Positions 35,631-44,050 of a DNA stretch of 64,000 nt are shown here, in pieces. The notes beneath the pieces were generated by a model. That model saw only the letters and a list, made by a program, of their open reading frames with translations, had not been told where the DNA came from and made no database searches. The translations under genes and the position numbers were made by a program. Each line of letters begins with the position of its first letter. The first letter of the stretch is position 1. Source of the stretch: Prevotella sp. (GTDB lineage Bacteria > Bacteroidota > Bacteroidia > Bacteroidales > Bacteroidaceae); contig JALFCG010000072.1 in the NCBI GenBank assembly GCA_022771265.1, forward strand, positions 1,854-65,853. The letters are read 5' to 3'.

Positions 35631-35673
35631 AAGCGTAACTCGTAACAGTGTAACTCGAAATTTTCAGTTACAC
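35631..35673 (+). repeat. GTAAC module copy 4
   Basis: Exact 26-mer at 35631-35656 plus the hairpin GTGTAACT-CGAAATTTTC-AGTTACAC. Not preceded by a credible gene. Confidence 0.85.
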
Positions 35674-35764
35674 TAAAGAAATTCTTCATTAAAAAAAACA
35701 GAGGGCGCTAACCTTCACGGTCGACGCCCCATGTTATTTATAAAAAGTAGCTTTTGTCCAAAAA

Positions 35765-37186
35765 TTACAGACCGAGAACCTGCTTTGCAACGGCATTCTC
35801 GGGGTCGATCTCAGCCAGCTTGGTGGCACACTCCTTAGCCTTGGTCATGTCGTCGGCAACACGGGCATAGTAGGAGATGAGGTAGAGATAAGACTCCTTC
35901 AGACGGCTCTTGTCGGAATTGTTAAGCTCTGTGCGAGAGCTGTAGAGTTCGATGAGCTTCTCGTAGTAAGGCTTGGCAAGAGCATCCTTCTGCTCGTTGT
36001 CCATGGCGTTGTTCACGCGGGCACGCCAGAAGGTGGCATACTCGATGGCGTCGGTATACTTCTCTGCAAGCTGACCGTAGAGCTCGTCGGCCTTCTTCAA
36101 CGATGCCTTCATGGCGTCGCCAGTTTCCTTGCTCGCCTTGTAGTAGTAGAGCTGTGGCAGGCCGGCATAGTCGGTGGCAGTCGGTGTAGAGTAGGTGTTG
36201 AGGTACTCCTCGTAGTACTTGATGGCGTCGTCGTACTTCTCCTGTGAGCTGAGCGCGTCAGACAGGGTCTTTATCACACCAGCCTTCTTGTCCTTGGAGT
36301 CGAACTCCTGGTCGAGTGCCTTCTTGAACATCTCGATAGCCTCCTCATACTTCTTCGCGCCGTTGAGGGCGTTGCCGTAGTAGGTGTAGTCGAAGTAAGA
36401 GAACTTGGCGCTGTCGGACTTGTTGAACAGGGCGTCGGCATAGAGTAGAGCCTGGTCGTAGTTCTTAAGGTCGGTGCTGTTGAAGAAGGCAAGACGGTTG
36501 AAAGCTGCGTCGCGGGGCTTCTTCTTCAGTCCGTACTGAGCTACCTCAAGACTCTCCTGATTCTTCTGCTTGAAGTAGAGAGCCATGGCATACTCGGTGA
36601 TGTCGCGCTCCTCCATCTTGGTGATGTCGGCCTTCTTGTAGGCGGTGATTGCCTTGTCGAACTCGTTGGACATGTAGTAGATGCGTCCGGCGAGAGCGTC
36701 AACGGCAACGTCAGGACGCTGCTTGCGGAGCTCCTCAAGCTTCATCACTGCCACCGTGGGGCTTACCTTACGATAGACGTTGGCATACTTGTAGTAAGGC
36801 TCAGGGTTCTTCGGGTCGAAGCTGATGGCCTGCTGGTAGTGCTGGGCTGCAGCACCGCCGTCCTCCGACATGGCGGAGAGGTCGCCCAGAAGGACGTAAG
36901 CCTGAGCGCACTTGTACTTGGCTGCCTTATTGGCGAAGTCGGCATATACGCGTGCCTTGGCAGTGTCCTTTACCTCGAAGTAAGCGCGTGCGATACCCAC
37001 GAGCACCTCCGGGTTCTTCTTGTTCTTCTTGTAAACGTCCTTCACCTGGGCATCCACGTCGCCGGTGTTGCCCTTAATCACTTTTGCTATAGACTCAACC
37101 ACGGCCTTGTTGTCCTGCTGAGCTACAGCGGGAACGCTGAGTCCTAACATCAGCGCACCTGCCAATACATATTTCATCTGTCTCAT
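35765..37186 (-). CDS. tetratricopeptide repeat protein (secreted), last gene of the ExbBD-TonB cluster
   Basis: The track start at 37192 is TTG. ATGs lie at 37186 and 37177 (MKYVLAGALMLGLSVPAVAQ signal peptide). TPR-rich. Confidence 0.8.
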   Translation of the reverse strand: MRQMKYVLAGALMLGLSVPAVAQQDNKAVVESIAKVIKGNTGDVDAQVKDVYKKNKKNPEVLVGIARAYFEVKDTAKARVYADFANKAAKYKCAQAYVLLGDLSAMSEDGGAAAQHYQQAISFDPKNPEPYYKYANVYRKVSPTVAVMKLEELRKQRPDVAVDALAGRIYYMSNEFDKAITAYKKADITKMEERDITEYAMALYFKQKNQESLEVAQYGLKKKPRDAAFNRLAFFNSTDLKNYDQALLYADALFNKSDSAKFSYFDYTYYGNALNGAKKYEEAIEMFKKALDQEFDSKDKKAGVIKTLSDALSSQEKYDDAIKYYEEYLNTYSTPTATDYAGLPQLYYYKASKETGDAMKASLKKADELYGQLAEKYTDAIEYATFWRARVNNAMDNEQKDALAKPYYEKLIELYSSRTELNNSDKSRLKESYLYLISYYARVADDMTKAKECATKLAEIDPENAVAKQVLGL

Positions 37187-37258
37187 AATCAATAGAATTT
37201 TTTAATTAATATCTTTTTTACCGTATGACGTATGTCGAATCAAAGGGTTTAAGCAAAA

Positions 37259-37327
37259 ACGCCTCGCGACTTCAAGAAGCGACGCTTCACGACATCGAGG
37301 AGCTACGCTTTACGACATCAAGGAGGT
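37259..37327 (+). repeat. tandem 23-nt repeat x3
   Basis: Units are ACGCCTCGCGACTTCAAGAAGCG / ACGCTTCACGACATCGAGGAGCT / ACGCTTTACGACATCAAGGAGGT, with 17/23 and 20/23 identity. The array abuts the stop codon of the PstS-like gene. Confidence 0.8.
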
Positions 37328-38289
37328 CATTCCCGATTTACGTTGACCTCGCGGACGTTGAGCTGGCCGCGAGCGGGCAGGAGTCCGGACTTGAAGAAGA
37401 TGAGCTGTCCCTTGGGCGACTGCAGGAAGGAGGCGAAGCCCCACGGCAGGCCGTTGCGGGTGTCGTTAAGCAGCGCGTAGATGGTGCGCACCAAGGCGTA
37501 GTTGCCGTTGTATATATAGTACTGGTAGGGTTTCCAACTGTTCATGGGCGTTGCCTTGTCCAGTCGGCTTACCGATACCACACGTATGTTCTTCTTGAAA
37601 GTGACGTTGGTGGAGTCACGCTTGTCGTTTAGCCAGTTGGAGCCAATCACTCCGAGAGCGTTTTCATGGCGCGAGACGTAGTTGATGACTTCCTCGCTCT
37701 TCTTCACGGCAGTGATGTTGGGGCTGTTGATGGGCTTGCCTCCAAGGATGGAGTCGGCACAGTAGTGTACGGTGCTCGACTTGGCATTGTCGAAAACGAC
37801 ATCGAATTCTCCTAACTTCGAGTCAGGAAACACGTCTTTCCAGTTCTTTACCTCGCCACCGAGGATGCGCCTTATGTCCTTGACGGAAAGGCAGGTGTCG
37901 GGATTGGCGTTGTTGACTATCAGCGCCAGGCCGTCGTAGGCAAGGGGGATGACACGTGGCAGGAAAGCGCGGTCTTTGAGGTTCTTCTCTTCTTTGGGCG
38001 TCAAACGTCGAGTGGTGATGGCAAGCCACACCTTCTCGGTCATCAGCTTGTTGACGGCGTCAAGCTCGTTGGTGTAGAGCGGCTTTACCTCCGCCGTCGG
38101 ATACATGTTGTGGAACACGTCGAGTTGTTCGCCGATGATAGGACTGAAACTGTCGTCGCAGGTGAAGGCAATCTTCCCCGAGGCGTAGGTGTCAGTTCTA
38201 TTACTTTTAGGTTTGTTGTTGCCACAAGACAACAACAAACCTAAAGTGAGAGTCAGTCCAACTAATATGTTGAAGCTGTTTTTTGTCAT
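37327..38289 (-). CDS. PstS-family phosphate-binding-like periplasmic protein (lipoprotein)
   Basis: 320 aa with lipobox LLSC. PBP-type fold and the conserved position downstream of tonB in Bacteroidetes ExbBD-TonB clusters. Confidence 0.7.
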   Translation of the reverse strand: MTKNSFNILVGLTLTLGLLLSCGNNKPKSNRTDTYASGKIAFTCDDSFSPIIGEQLDVFHNMYPTAEVKPLYTNELDAVNKLMTEKVWLAITTRRLTPKEEKNLKDRAFLPRVIPLAYDGLALIVNNANPDTCLSVKDIRRILGGEVKNWKDVFPDSKLGEFDVVFDNAKSSTVHYCADSILGGKPINSPNITAVKKSEEVINYVSRHENALGVIGSNWLNDKRDSTNVTFKKNIRVVSVSRLDKATPMNSWKPYQYYIYNGNYALVRTIYALLNDTRNGLPWGFASFLQSPKGQLIFFKSGLLPARGQLNVREVNVNRE

Positions 38290-38322
38290 ATTACCGTAAT
38301 TAATCGTTATGCAATTAATTGA

Positions 38323-39156
38323 CTACTGCAATCTGAAGGTTACAGGCAGTGTGAACTTCACACGCACCGGTCCACCGTTCTGCATACCAGGATTCCAGTG
38401 AGGCATGCTCTTGGTCACGCGTACGGCTTCCTTGTCGAGTGACGGGTCAACAGACTTCGCAACGCGTACGTCGGTGATTGAACCGTCGCGCTCAACGACG
38501 AATGTCACGATTACACGACCCTGGATACCGTTCTCCTCGGCAACAACCGGGTAGCGGATGTTCTTGGAGAGGAATTCGAAGAGAGCTGCCTGTCCACCTG
38601 GGAACGAAGGCATCTGCTCAACGACCTCGAAAATCTTGGTCTCCTCTTCCTTCGGCGGCTCTGGCTGGGCGATTACTTCCTTAGCCTTGAGCACCTCACC
38701 TCCGGCCTCGTCGTTACCTTTCACGTCGAACGAACCGATGGCAGTGTTGGTCTTGTTGAGGTCTTCCTGGCTCTTGAGCTCCTCTTCAGGCTTCACCTCG
38801 TCGTCCTTCTTGATGACAGGCGGTGTGAACTTCACAGAGCTCTTCACCTTCTCAACGACCTTCTGCTCTTCAACCTTTACCGGAGCCTTCTTCTCAACCT
38901 TTGCCTCTTTCTTCTGGGCAAGCTTTGAGAGCTCGACATCCGTCTCCATAGCTACTTTCTTGGGGAAAGCGTTCTCGATGGCGACCTTTGCCCAAACGCC
39001 TACCATGATCGCGATGATGACAGCGAACACGATGACCATGGACTTCAAGTTACGCTTGCCGGTATCTCTACGGAGAGTATAGGCACCGTACTCCTTGTTG
39101 CGTCCCTCGAATACGAGTTCAACCCAATTTTTATCTAAAAGATCTACTTTTGACAT
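38323..39156 (-). CDS. tonB: energy transducer TonB
   Basis: 277 aa. N-terminal TM, a Lys/Glu/Pro-rich linker and a C-terminal TonB domain (PSFPGG...GRVIVTFVV...NGGPVRVKFTLPVTF). Confidence 0.85.
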   Translation of the reverse strand: MSKVDLLDKNWVELVFEGRNKEYGAYTLRRDTGKRNLKSMVIVFAVIIAIMVGVWAKVAIENAFPKKVAMETDVELSKLAQKKEAKVEKKAPVKVEEQKVVEKVKSSVKFTPPVIKKDDEVKPEEELKSQEDLNKTNTAIGSFDVKGNDEAGGEVLKAKEVIAQPEPPKEEETKIFEVVEQMPSFPGGQAALFEFLSKNIRYPVVAEENGIQGRVIVTFVVERDGSITDVRVAKSVDPSLDKEAVRVTKSMPHWNPGMQNGGPVRVKFTLPVTFRLQ

Positions 39157-39181
39157 TGTTCTTTACCTTTTTTAATTGTTG

Positions 39182-39823
39182 TTACTTTACACCCTTCAAC
39201 GCAAGCAGCTTCATGTCGTTTTCGTTGATCTTGTCGATCACGTAAGTACCGATGCTGCATATCTGCATCTCGTCGAGAGCGTCAACCATATTCTTATAAG
39301 AAGCAGTGTCAAGAGGCTTTATGATGATAGTAAGCTTTGGAACTTTCTCTCCTTCGAGATTACCGTTCTTGATTTCGGCAAGCTCTTTCTGGTAGAGAGA
39401 GTCAGCCATGTTGTACTTCAGCTTCTTCTCATCCAACTTCTGTTTTGCCAACATAATCTTCGCAACCGGCGCTATGCCTTCCTCGGTCATGTGCTCGATG
39501 AGGACCTTGCGGATACCGTTCTTTCCCCATGTCGTTTCCTTCAGGCAGGTCGGGTCTTCATAATTTGGCAGTCCATCAATGTGATAAATCTTATCATTGC
39601 CGGCAAGCACGATGGTGATGGTGTGGGAAGCCTTCGTTGCAGACTTGTCCTCATCCTGCACGTTCTTGTCGTTGCTCGGCATCGTCAACTGCATAGCCTG
39701 AGGCTTGCTCAGAGTCGTACACAGCATGAAGAAGGTGATAAGAAGCATCATCATGTCCACCATCGGCGTGAAGTCCACGCGGGTGTTCATCTTTTTCTGC
39801 TTGCTTTCTTTTTTCTTTGCCAT
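39182..39823 (-). CDS. exbD: biopolymer transporter ExbD/TolR family
   Basis: 213 aa. N-terminal FTPMVDMMMLLITFFM is an ExbD signature. Confidence 0.85.
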   Translation of the reverse strand: MAKKKESKQKKMNTRVDFTPMVDMMMLLITFFMLCTTLSKPQAMQLTMPSNDKNVQDEDKSATKASHTITIVLAGNDKIYHIDGLPNYEDPTCLKETTWGKNGIRKVLIEHMTEEGIAPVAKIMLAKQKLDEKKLKYNMADSLYQKELAEIKNGNLEGEKVPKLTIIIKPLDTASYKNMVDALDEMQICSIGTYVIDKINENDMKLLALKGVK

Positions 39824-39825
39824 GA

Positions 39826-40440
39826 TTAATCCTCCGATGACGTTTTAAGATTTGTAATCAGCTGGTAACGGTTCTGGTTCATATCCTGAAGCTCGGACAT
39901 CACCGACTTTACAACCTTGTAAGGGGTCTTCGAGTCGCACTTGATGGCGAGACGGATGTCAGGATTGTTGTCCACAGCAGCCTGTACCCACTCTTGAAAT
40001 TCACTCTTGCCTCCATCGATACTGTCGGTGGGGACACCCAGTTTCTGGATCACCTCTGCCATCTTCTCAGGTTCAAGGTTGAGGTAGTCTGGCATCTTGC
40101 TCACTGGCACGCCTACCATAGACTCTTCCTTAAACTTCTTAATCTGTGCCGCGTTCAGCGATACGCCGAACTTGTCGGTAACAGTCTGCATGATGGCCAA
40201 CATGTCGTTCTTATTGTCAGTCCCGACGAAAATCTTGCCTTCCGGGCTTACAAGAATGTTCAGCACATTCTTCTCCGGAACCTTGACTTCCGACACGGAG
40301 CTTGGCGTTGTGACCTGGATAGGCTCTGGCTGCAGGAATGTTGATGTCAACATGAAGAAGCACAGAAGCAGGGTCATAACGTCTGACATAGGAGTCATGT
40401 CAATCCAGACGTCTTTTTTCTGTATTTTTATTTTACCCAT
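39826..40440 (-). CDS. exbD: biopolymer transporter ExbD/TolR family
   Basis: 204 aa. DMTPMSDVMTLLLCFFM is an ExbD signature. Confidence 0.85.
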   Translation of the reverse strand: MGKIKIQKKDVWIDMTPMSDVMTLLLCFFMLTSTFLQPEPIQVTTPSSVSEVKVPEKNVLNILVSPEGKIFVGTDNKNDMLAIMQTVTDKFGVSLNAAQIKKFKEESMVGVPVSKMPDYLNLEPEKMAEVIQKLGVPTDSIDGGKSEFQEWVQAAVDNNPDIRLAIKCDSKTPYKVVKSVMSELQDMNQNRYQLITNLKTSSED

Positions 40441-40469
40441 TATTATTCACTAATTAAAAGGTAAAACAA

Positions 40470-41300
40470 TTAAGCTTCCTCTGTGTGGTTAACGTCGTAT
40501 GTTGCAGCAATTGTGTAACCAACCTCGTCGAGAGCGTATGTCAGCTTGTCGATCTTGTTTGTGAAGAAGTTATAGATAACTACAGCGAACCATGATGTCA
40601 AAATACCTGATGCTGTGTTTACAAGTGCCTCAGAAATACCGGCTGAGAGTGCCATAGAGTCTGCACCACCACCTGCTGACAGAGCCTGGAATGAACGGAT
40701 CATACCGAGCACGGTTCCGAACAGAGCGGTAAGAGTACCGAGGGTTACGATGGTTGCCACGATCGGGAGGTTCATCTGAAGGGTTGGCATCTCAAGCTGG
40801 GTTGCCTCCTCGTGAGCCTGCTGGATCTTTGCAATCTTCTGGGCCTTCTTCAGGGTGTTGTTGGTCTCTGCGTCCTTGTAAGCGTTGATAGAAGCGAGAA
40901 CCACGTTAGCTACAGAACCCTTCATCTTGTTGCAAAGAGCGGTAGCCTCGTCGAACTTGCGGGCCTTGATGAGCTCCTTAACCTGGGTGGTGAACTTGCC
41001 GAGGCTCATTGTACCGAATGCTGAGCGGAGAGCGAAGAAGCGCTCTACACCAAGGCAGATAACTGAGAGGAGAAGAGTCAAGATAAGACCTACTACGAAA
41101 CCTCCCTTATAGACAGTACCCATAAGGTTTACTGGGTGACCAGCTGGGTCGCCGCCGGCGAAGTTGTCGGCTGCACCGAGAACCTGGAAGTAGAATGTGT
41201 AAGCTACTATACCACAGATAACGAGGATCCAGATAGCGTTCTTAACTCCTTTGAAGCCCGATTTCTTTGCTGGGGCTGCAGCATTTTTTGTTGTTGCCAT
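40470..41300 (-). CDS. exbB: MotA/TolQ/ExbB proton channel protein
   Basis: 276 aa, three TM. C-terminal GTLTALFGTVLGMIRSF...AGISEALVNTASG motif. Confidence 0.9.
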   Translation of the reverse strand: MATTKNAAAPAKKSGFKGVKNAIWILVICGIVAYTFYFQVLGAADNFAGGDPAGHPVNLMGTVYKGGFVVGLILTLLLSVICLGVERFFALRSAFGTMSLGKFTTQVKELIKARKFDEATALCNKMKGSVANVVLASINAYKDAETNNTLKKAQKIAKIQQAHEEATQLEMPTLQMNLPIVATIVTLGTLTALFGTVLGMIRSFQALSAGGGADSMALSAGISEALVNTASGILTSWFAVVIYNFFTNKIDKLTYALDEVGYTIAATYDVNHTEEA

Positions 41301-41403
41301 AATTGATAATTTTAAATTTTTGTTATTTATGAATAATATTAATTTTAGTTTCTTTTCCTCCGCTTTTCAGTATTTTTAGTTTCCTATGCCTCCAATCAAG
41401 GGA

Positions 41404-41411
41404 CAAAGATA
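41404..41411 (-). promoter_or_regulatory. -7 promoter box TATCTTTG
   Basis: Plus strand reads CAAAGATA, about 104 nt upstream of the exbB ATG. Confidence 0.5.
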
Positions 41412-41504
41412 ACAAATTACAAAGAAAACAAGAAGGAATTAGCAAGTTTTAACACTGACTTTTTTTATTATTAATAAAGAAAGGTGCTCTTTAAGGCGCT
41501 TTTG

Positions 41505-42698
41505 CTACTTCAGCAGAGACAATGCGTCCTTGATTCGGCGCATGGCCTCACGGATGTTGTCGTCGCTCGTGGCGTAGCTCATGCGGAAACAGTCGGGGTC
41601 GCCGAAGGCGTCGCCGCCTACGGTTGCAACGTGGGCTTTCTCCAAAAGGTAAAGGGCGAAGTCGGTGGAGTTGTTGACCGTGGTCACGCCGTCGCTCTTG
41701 CCGAAGAAGCTGCTGCACTTGGGGAACAGGTAGAATGCGCCTTCAGGAACGTTGACCTCAAGGCCGGGGATGGACTTAGCCAATTCGACAATGAGATTGC
41801 GGCGGCGCTCAAAGGCCTGGCGCATCTCCTCAACGCAGTCCTGCGACGCGGTGTAGGCAAGCTCGGCTGCCTTCTGGCTGACGGAGCAGGGACCGCTGGT
41901 GTATTGGCCCTGGAGCTTGTTGCAGCCCTTGACAATCCACTCGGGGGCGGCGATGTATCCTATGCGCCAACCGGTCATGGCGTATGCCTTCGACACGCCG
42001 TTGACGATAATCGAGCGTTCCTTCATGCCTTCAAACTGGGCGATGCTCTCGTGATGGCCAACGTAGTTGATGTGCTCGTAAATCTCGTCAGCAAGCACGA
42101 AGAGGTCCTCATGGCTCTTAATCACGTCGGCAAGGCCCTTCAGCTCGTCCTTGGAATAGACGCTGCCCGTAGGGTTGCTCGGAGAGCAGAGGATTATAAG
42201 GCGGGTCTTGGGAGTGATGGCTGCCTCGAGCTGGGCGGGCGTCATCTTGAAGTTCTGGTCGAACCCTGCCTCAACGATTACGGGGTTGCCTCCGGCGAGC
42301 TTCACCATCTGAGGATATGACACCCAATAGGGGGCGGGGATGATGACCTCGTCGCCGGGGTTGACCAAAGCCATGACGGTGTTGCAGACGCTTTGCTTCG
42401 CTCCGTTTGACACAAGCACTTCTGCAGTGGTGTAGTCAAGTCCGTTCTCGTTCTTCAGCTTTGCCACGATAGCCTTTCTCAGGTCGGGATAGCCCGGTAC
42501 GGGCGAGTACCTTGAATAGTTATCGTCAACAGCTTTCTTGGCTGCCTCCTTGATATGGTCGGGGGTGTTAAAGTCTGGCTCGCCAACGCTCAGGTTGATG
42601 ACGTCGATGCCTTGGGCCTTCATCTCGCTGCTTTTTTGTGACATTGCCAAGGTGGCAGAAGGTGCCAGTCTTTGCAGTCTTTCTGATAATTGTGCCAT
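41505..42698 (-). CDS. PLP-dependent aminotransferase (aspartate aminotransferase-like, class I)
   Basis: 397 aa. The SKAYAMTGWRIGY lysine motif is present. Confidence 0.9.
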   Translation of the reverse strand: MAQLSERLQRLAPSATLAMSQKSSEMKAQGIDVINLSVGEPDFNTPDHIKEAAKKAVDDNYSRYSPVPGYPDLRKAIVAKLKNENGLDYTTAEVLVSNGAKQSVCNTVMALVNPGDEVIIPAPYWVSYPQMVKLAGGNPVIVEAGFDQNFKMTPAQLEAAITPKTRLIILCSPSNPTGSVYSKDELKGLADVIKSHEDLFVLADEIYEHINYVGHHESIAQFEGMKERSIIVNGVSKAYAMTGWRIGYIAAPEWIVKGCNKLQGQYTSGPCSVSQKAAELAYTASQDCVEEMRQAFERRRNLIVELAKSIPGLEVNVPEGAFYLFPKCSSFFGKSDGVTTVNNSTDFALYLLEKAHVATVGGDAFGDPDCFRMSYATSDDNIREAMRRIKDALSLLK

Positions 42699-42725
42699 AT
42701 ATTCAGTTTTTTGTTATATTTTGTG

Positions 42726-42733
42726 CAAAAGTA
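42726..42733 (-). promoter_or_regulatory. -7 promoter box TACTTTTG
   Basis: Plus strand reads CAAAAGTA, 28 nt upstream of the ATG at 42698. Confidence 0.6.
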
Positions 42734-42816
42734 ATAATTTTATTCGTTAACACGAAAGATTTCGTCGTTTTTTTTGTGATTGAAACGGAAATTTATCAAA
42801 AAGTGAAGTTTTTCGA

Positions 42817-44025
42817 CTATAAGTGAAGGTTATGACCCATGCGGTCTTTCTTCGTCTTCAGGTATTTGTAGTCGTACTCGTTGGGCTCGACCTCGATGGC
42901 GACGTTCTCCACAATCTCCAGGCCGTAGGCTTCCAGTCCCACACGCTTCGTGGGATTGTTGGTCAGAAGGCGCATCTTGTGGATGCCGAGATGGCGGAGC
43001 ATCTGGGCGCCGCATCCATAGTCGCGCTCGTCGGGCTTGAAGCCGAGGTGGATGTTTGCCTCGACAGTGTCAAGGCCTTCTTCCTGAAGCTTGTAGGCGG
43101 CAATCTTGTTCATAAGGCCGATGCCGCGCCCTTCCTGCTGCATGTAGATGACCACGCCCTTGCCTTCGCGCTCAATCATCTCCATTGCCTTGTGGAGCTG
43201 CTCGCCACAGTCGCAGCGCTTGCTGCCGAGGATGTCGCCAGTGGCGCAGGAGGAATGGACGCGAACAAGCACGGGCTCGTCCTCGCCCCACTCGCCCTTG
43301 ATGAGCGCCATGTGCTCAAGGCCGTTCGACTTCTGACGGAACGGGATGAGCCTGAAGTGGCCGTAGCGCGTGGGCATGTCTGCCTCGTTGCCGACCTCTA
43401 TCAGCGACTCCTTGGAAAGACGGTAGGCGATGAGGTCCTTGATGGTGATGATGTGCAGGCCGTGGACGGCGGCAAACTCCTTAAGGTCGGGCATGCGGGC
43501 CATGGTGCCGTCGTCGTTCATTATCTCCATCAGGGCGGCGGCGGGATAGAGCCCCGACAGCTTGCACAGGTCAACGGCTGCCTCGGTGTGGCCCGAACGG
43601 CGCAGCACTCCCATGTCCTGGGCGTAAAGGGGGTTAATATGTCCGGGGCGGCCAAAGGTTTCCGGACGCGACTCCGGGTCGGCAAGTGCCTTGATGGTGG
43701 CGGCACGGTCGTGGGCGGACACTCCTGTCGAGCAGCCTTCGAGCTTGTCGATGGTGACGGTGAACGGGGTGCCGAGCATGGAGGTGTTGTCAGCTACTTG
43801 ATGCGGGAGGTCGAGTTCCTCACTTCTCTTTATGGTGATTGGCGCGCAAAGCACTCCACGGGCATACTTCAGCATGAAGTTCACCTTCTCGGGAGTGATT
43901 TTCTCTGCCGCGATGATGAGGTCGCCTTCGTTTTCGCGGTCCTCATCGTCAACTACAATGACGAAGCGTCCCTCACGAAAGTCGTCGAGGGCTTCCTCAA
44001 TGCTGCTTATCTTGATTTCTGACAT
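42817..44025 (-). CDS. ribBA: bifunctional 3,4-dihydroxy-2-butanone-4-phosphate synthase / GTP cyclohydrolase II
   Basis: 402 aa. The DHBP synthase N-terminal half ([11 protein letters not shown]) is fused to a GCH-II half ([19 protein letters not shown]). Confidence 0.95.
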   Translation of the reverse strand: MSEIKISSIEEALDDFREGRFVIVVDDEDRENEGDLIIAAEKITPEKVNFMLKYARGVLCAPITIKRSEELDLPHQVADNTSMLGTPFTVTIDKLEGCSTGVSAHDRAATIKALADPESRPETFGRPGHINPLYAQDMGVLRRSGHTEAAVDLCKLSGLYPAAALMEIMNDDGTMARMPDLKEFAAVHGLHIITIKDLIAYRLSKESLIEVGNEADMPTRYGHFRLIPFRQKSNGLEHMALIKGEWGEDEPVLVRVHSSCATGDILGSKRCDCGEQLHKAMEMIEREGKGVVIYMQQEGRGIGLMNKIAAYKLQEEGLDTVEANIHLGFKPDERDYGCGAQMLRHLGIHKMRLLTNNPTKRVGLEAYGLEIVENVAIEVEPNEYDYKYLKTKKDRMGHNLHL

Positions 44026-44050
44026 GTTTTATATATATAATAATGTGTAA

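Noticed and set aside
35609-35650. 13-codon mini-ORF (MLTITVHPCVIEA) that ends on the first TAA of GTAAC module 4.
   Set aside because: It is too short, has no supporting start context and is probably a chance ORF. It is noted only because it uses the same stop frame as the M15 peptidase.
35700-35740. Possible terminator of the TPR gene (GGGCG...CGCCC followed by T8 on the minus strand).
   Set aside because: The stem is only 5 bp with a 17-nt loop, which is too weak to list as a feature, although the T8 run is suggestive.
42823-44022. Long antisense ORFs such as the 399-aa ORF opposite ribBA, 41484..42320 opposite the aminotransferase, 789..1322 opposite argS and 20272..21054 opposite the HTCS.
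   Set aside because: They mirror well-supported genes on the other strand, have Val/Leu/His/Gly-rich compositions without motifs, and are typical antisense open frames of GC3-rich coding DNA.
44026-44050. Expected an FMN riboswitch upstream of ribBA.
   Set aside because: Only 25 nt separate ribBA from the upstream LptF/G gene, leaving no room for a riboswitch. ribBA appears to be co-transcribed from the promoter at 46158-46165.
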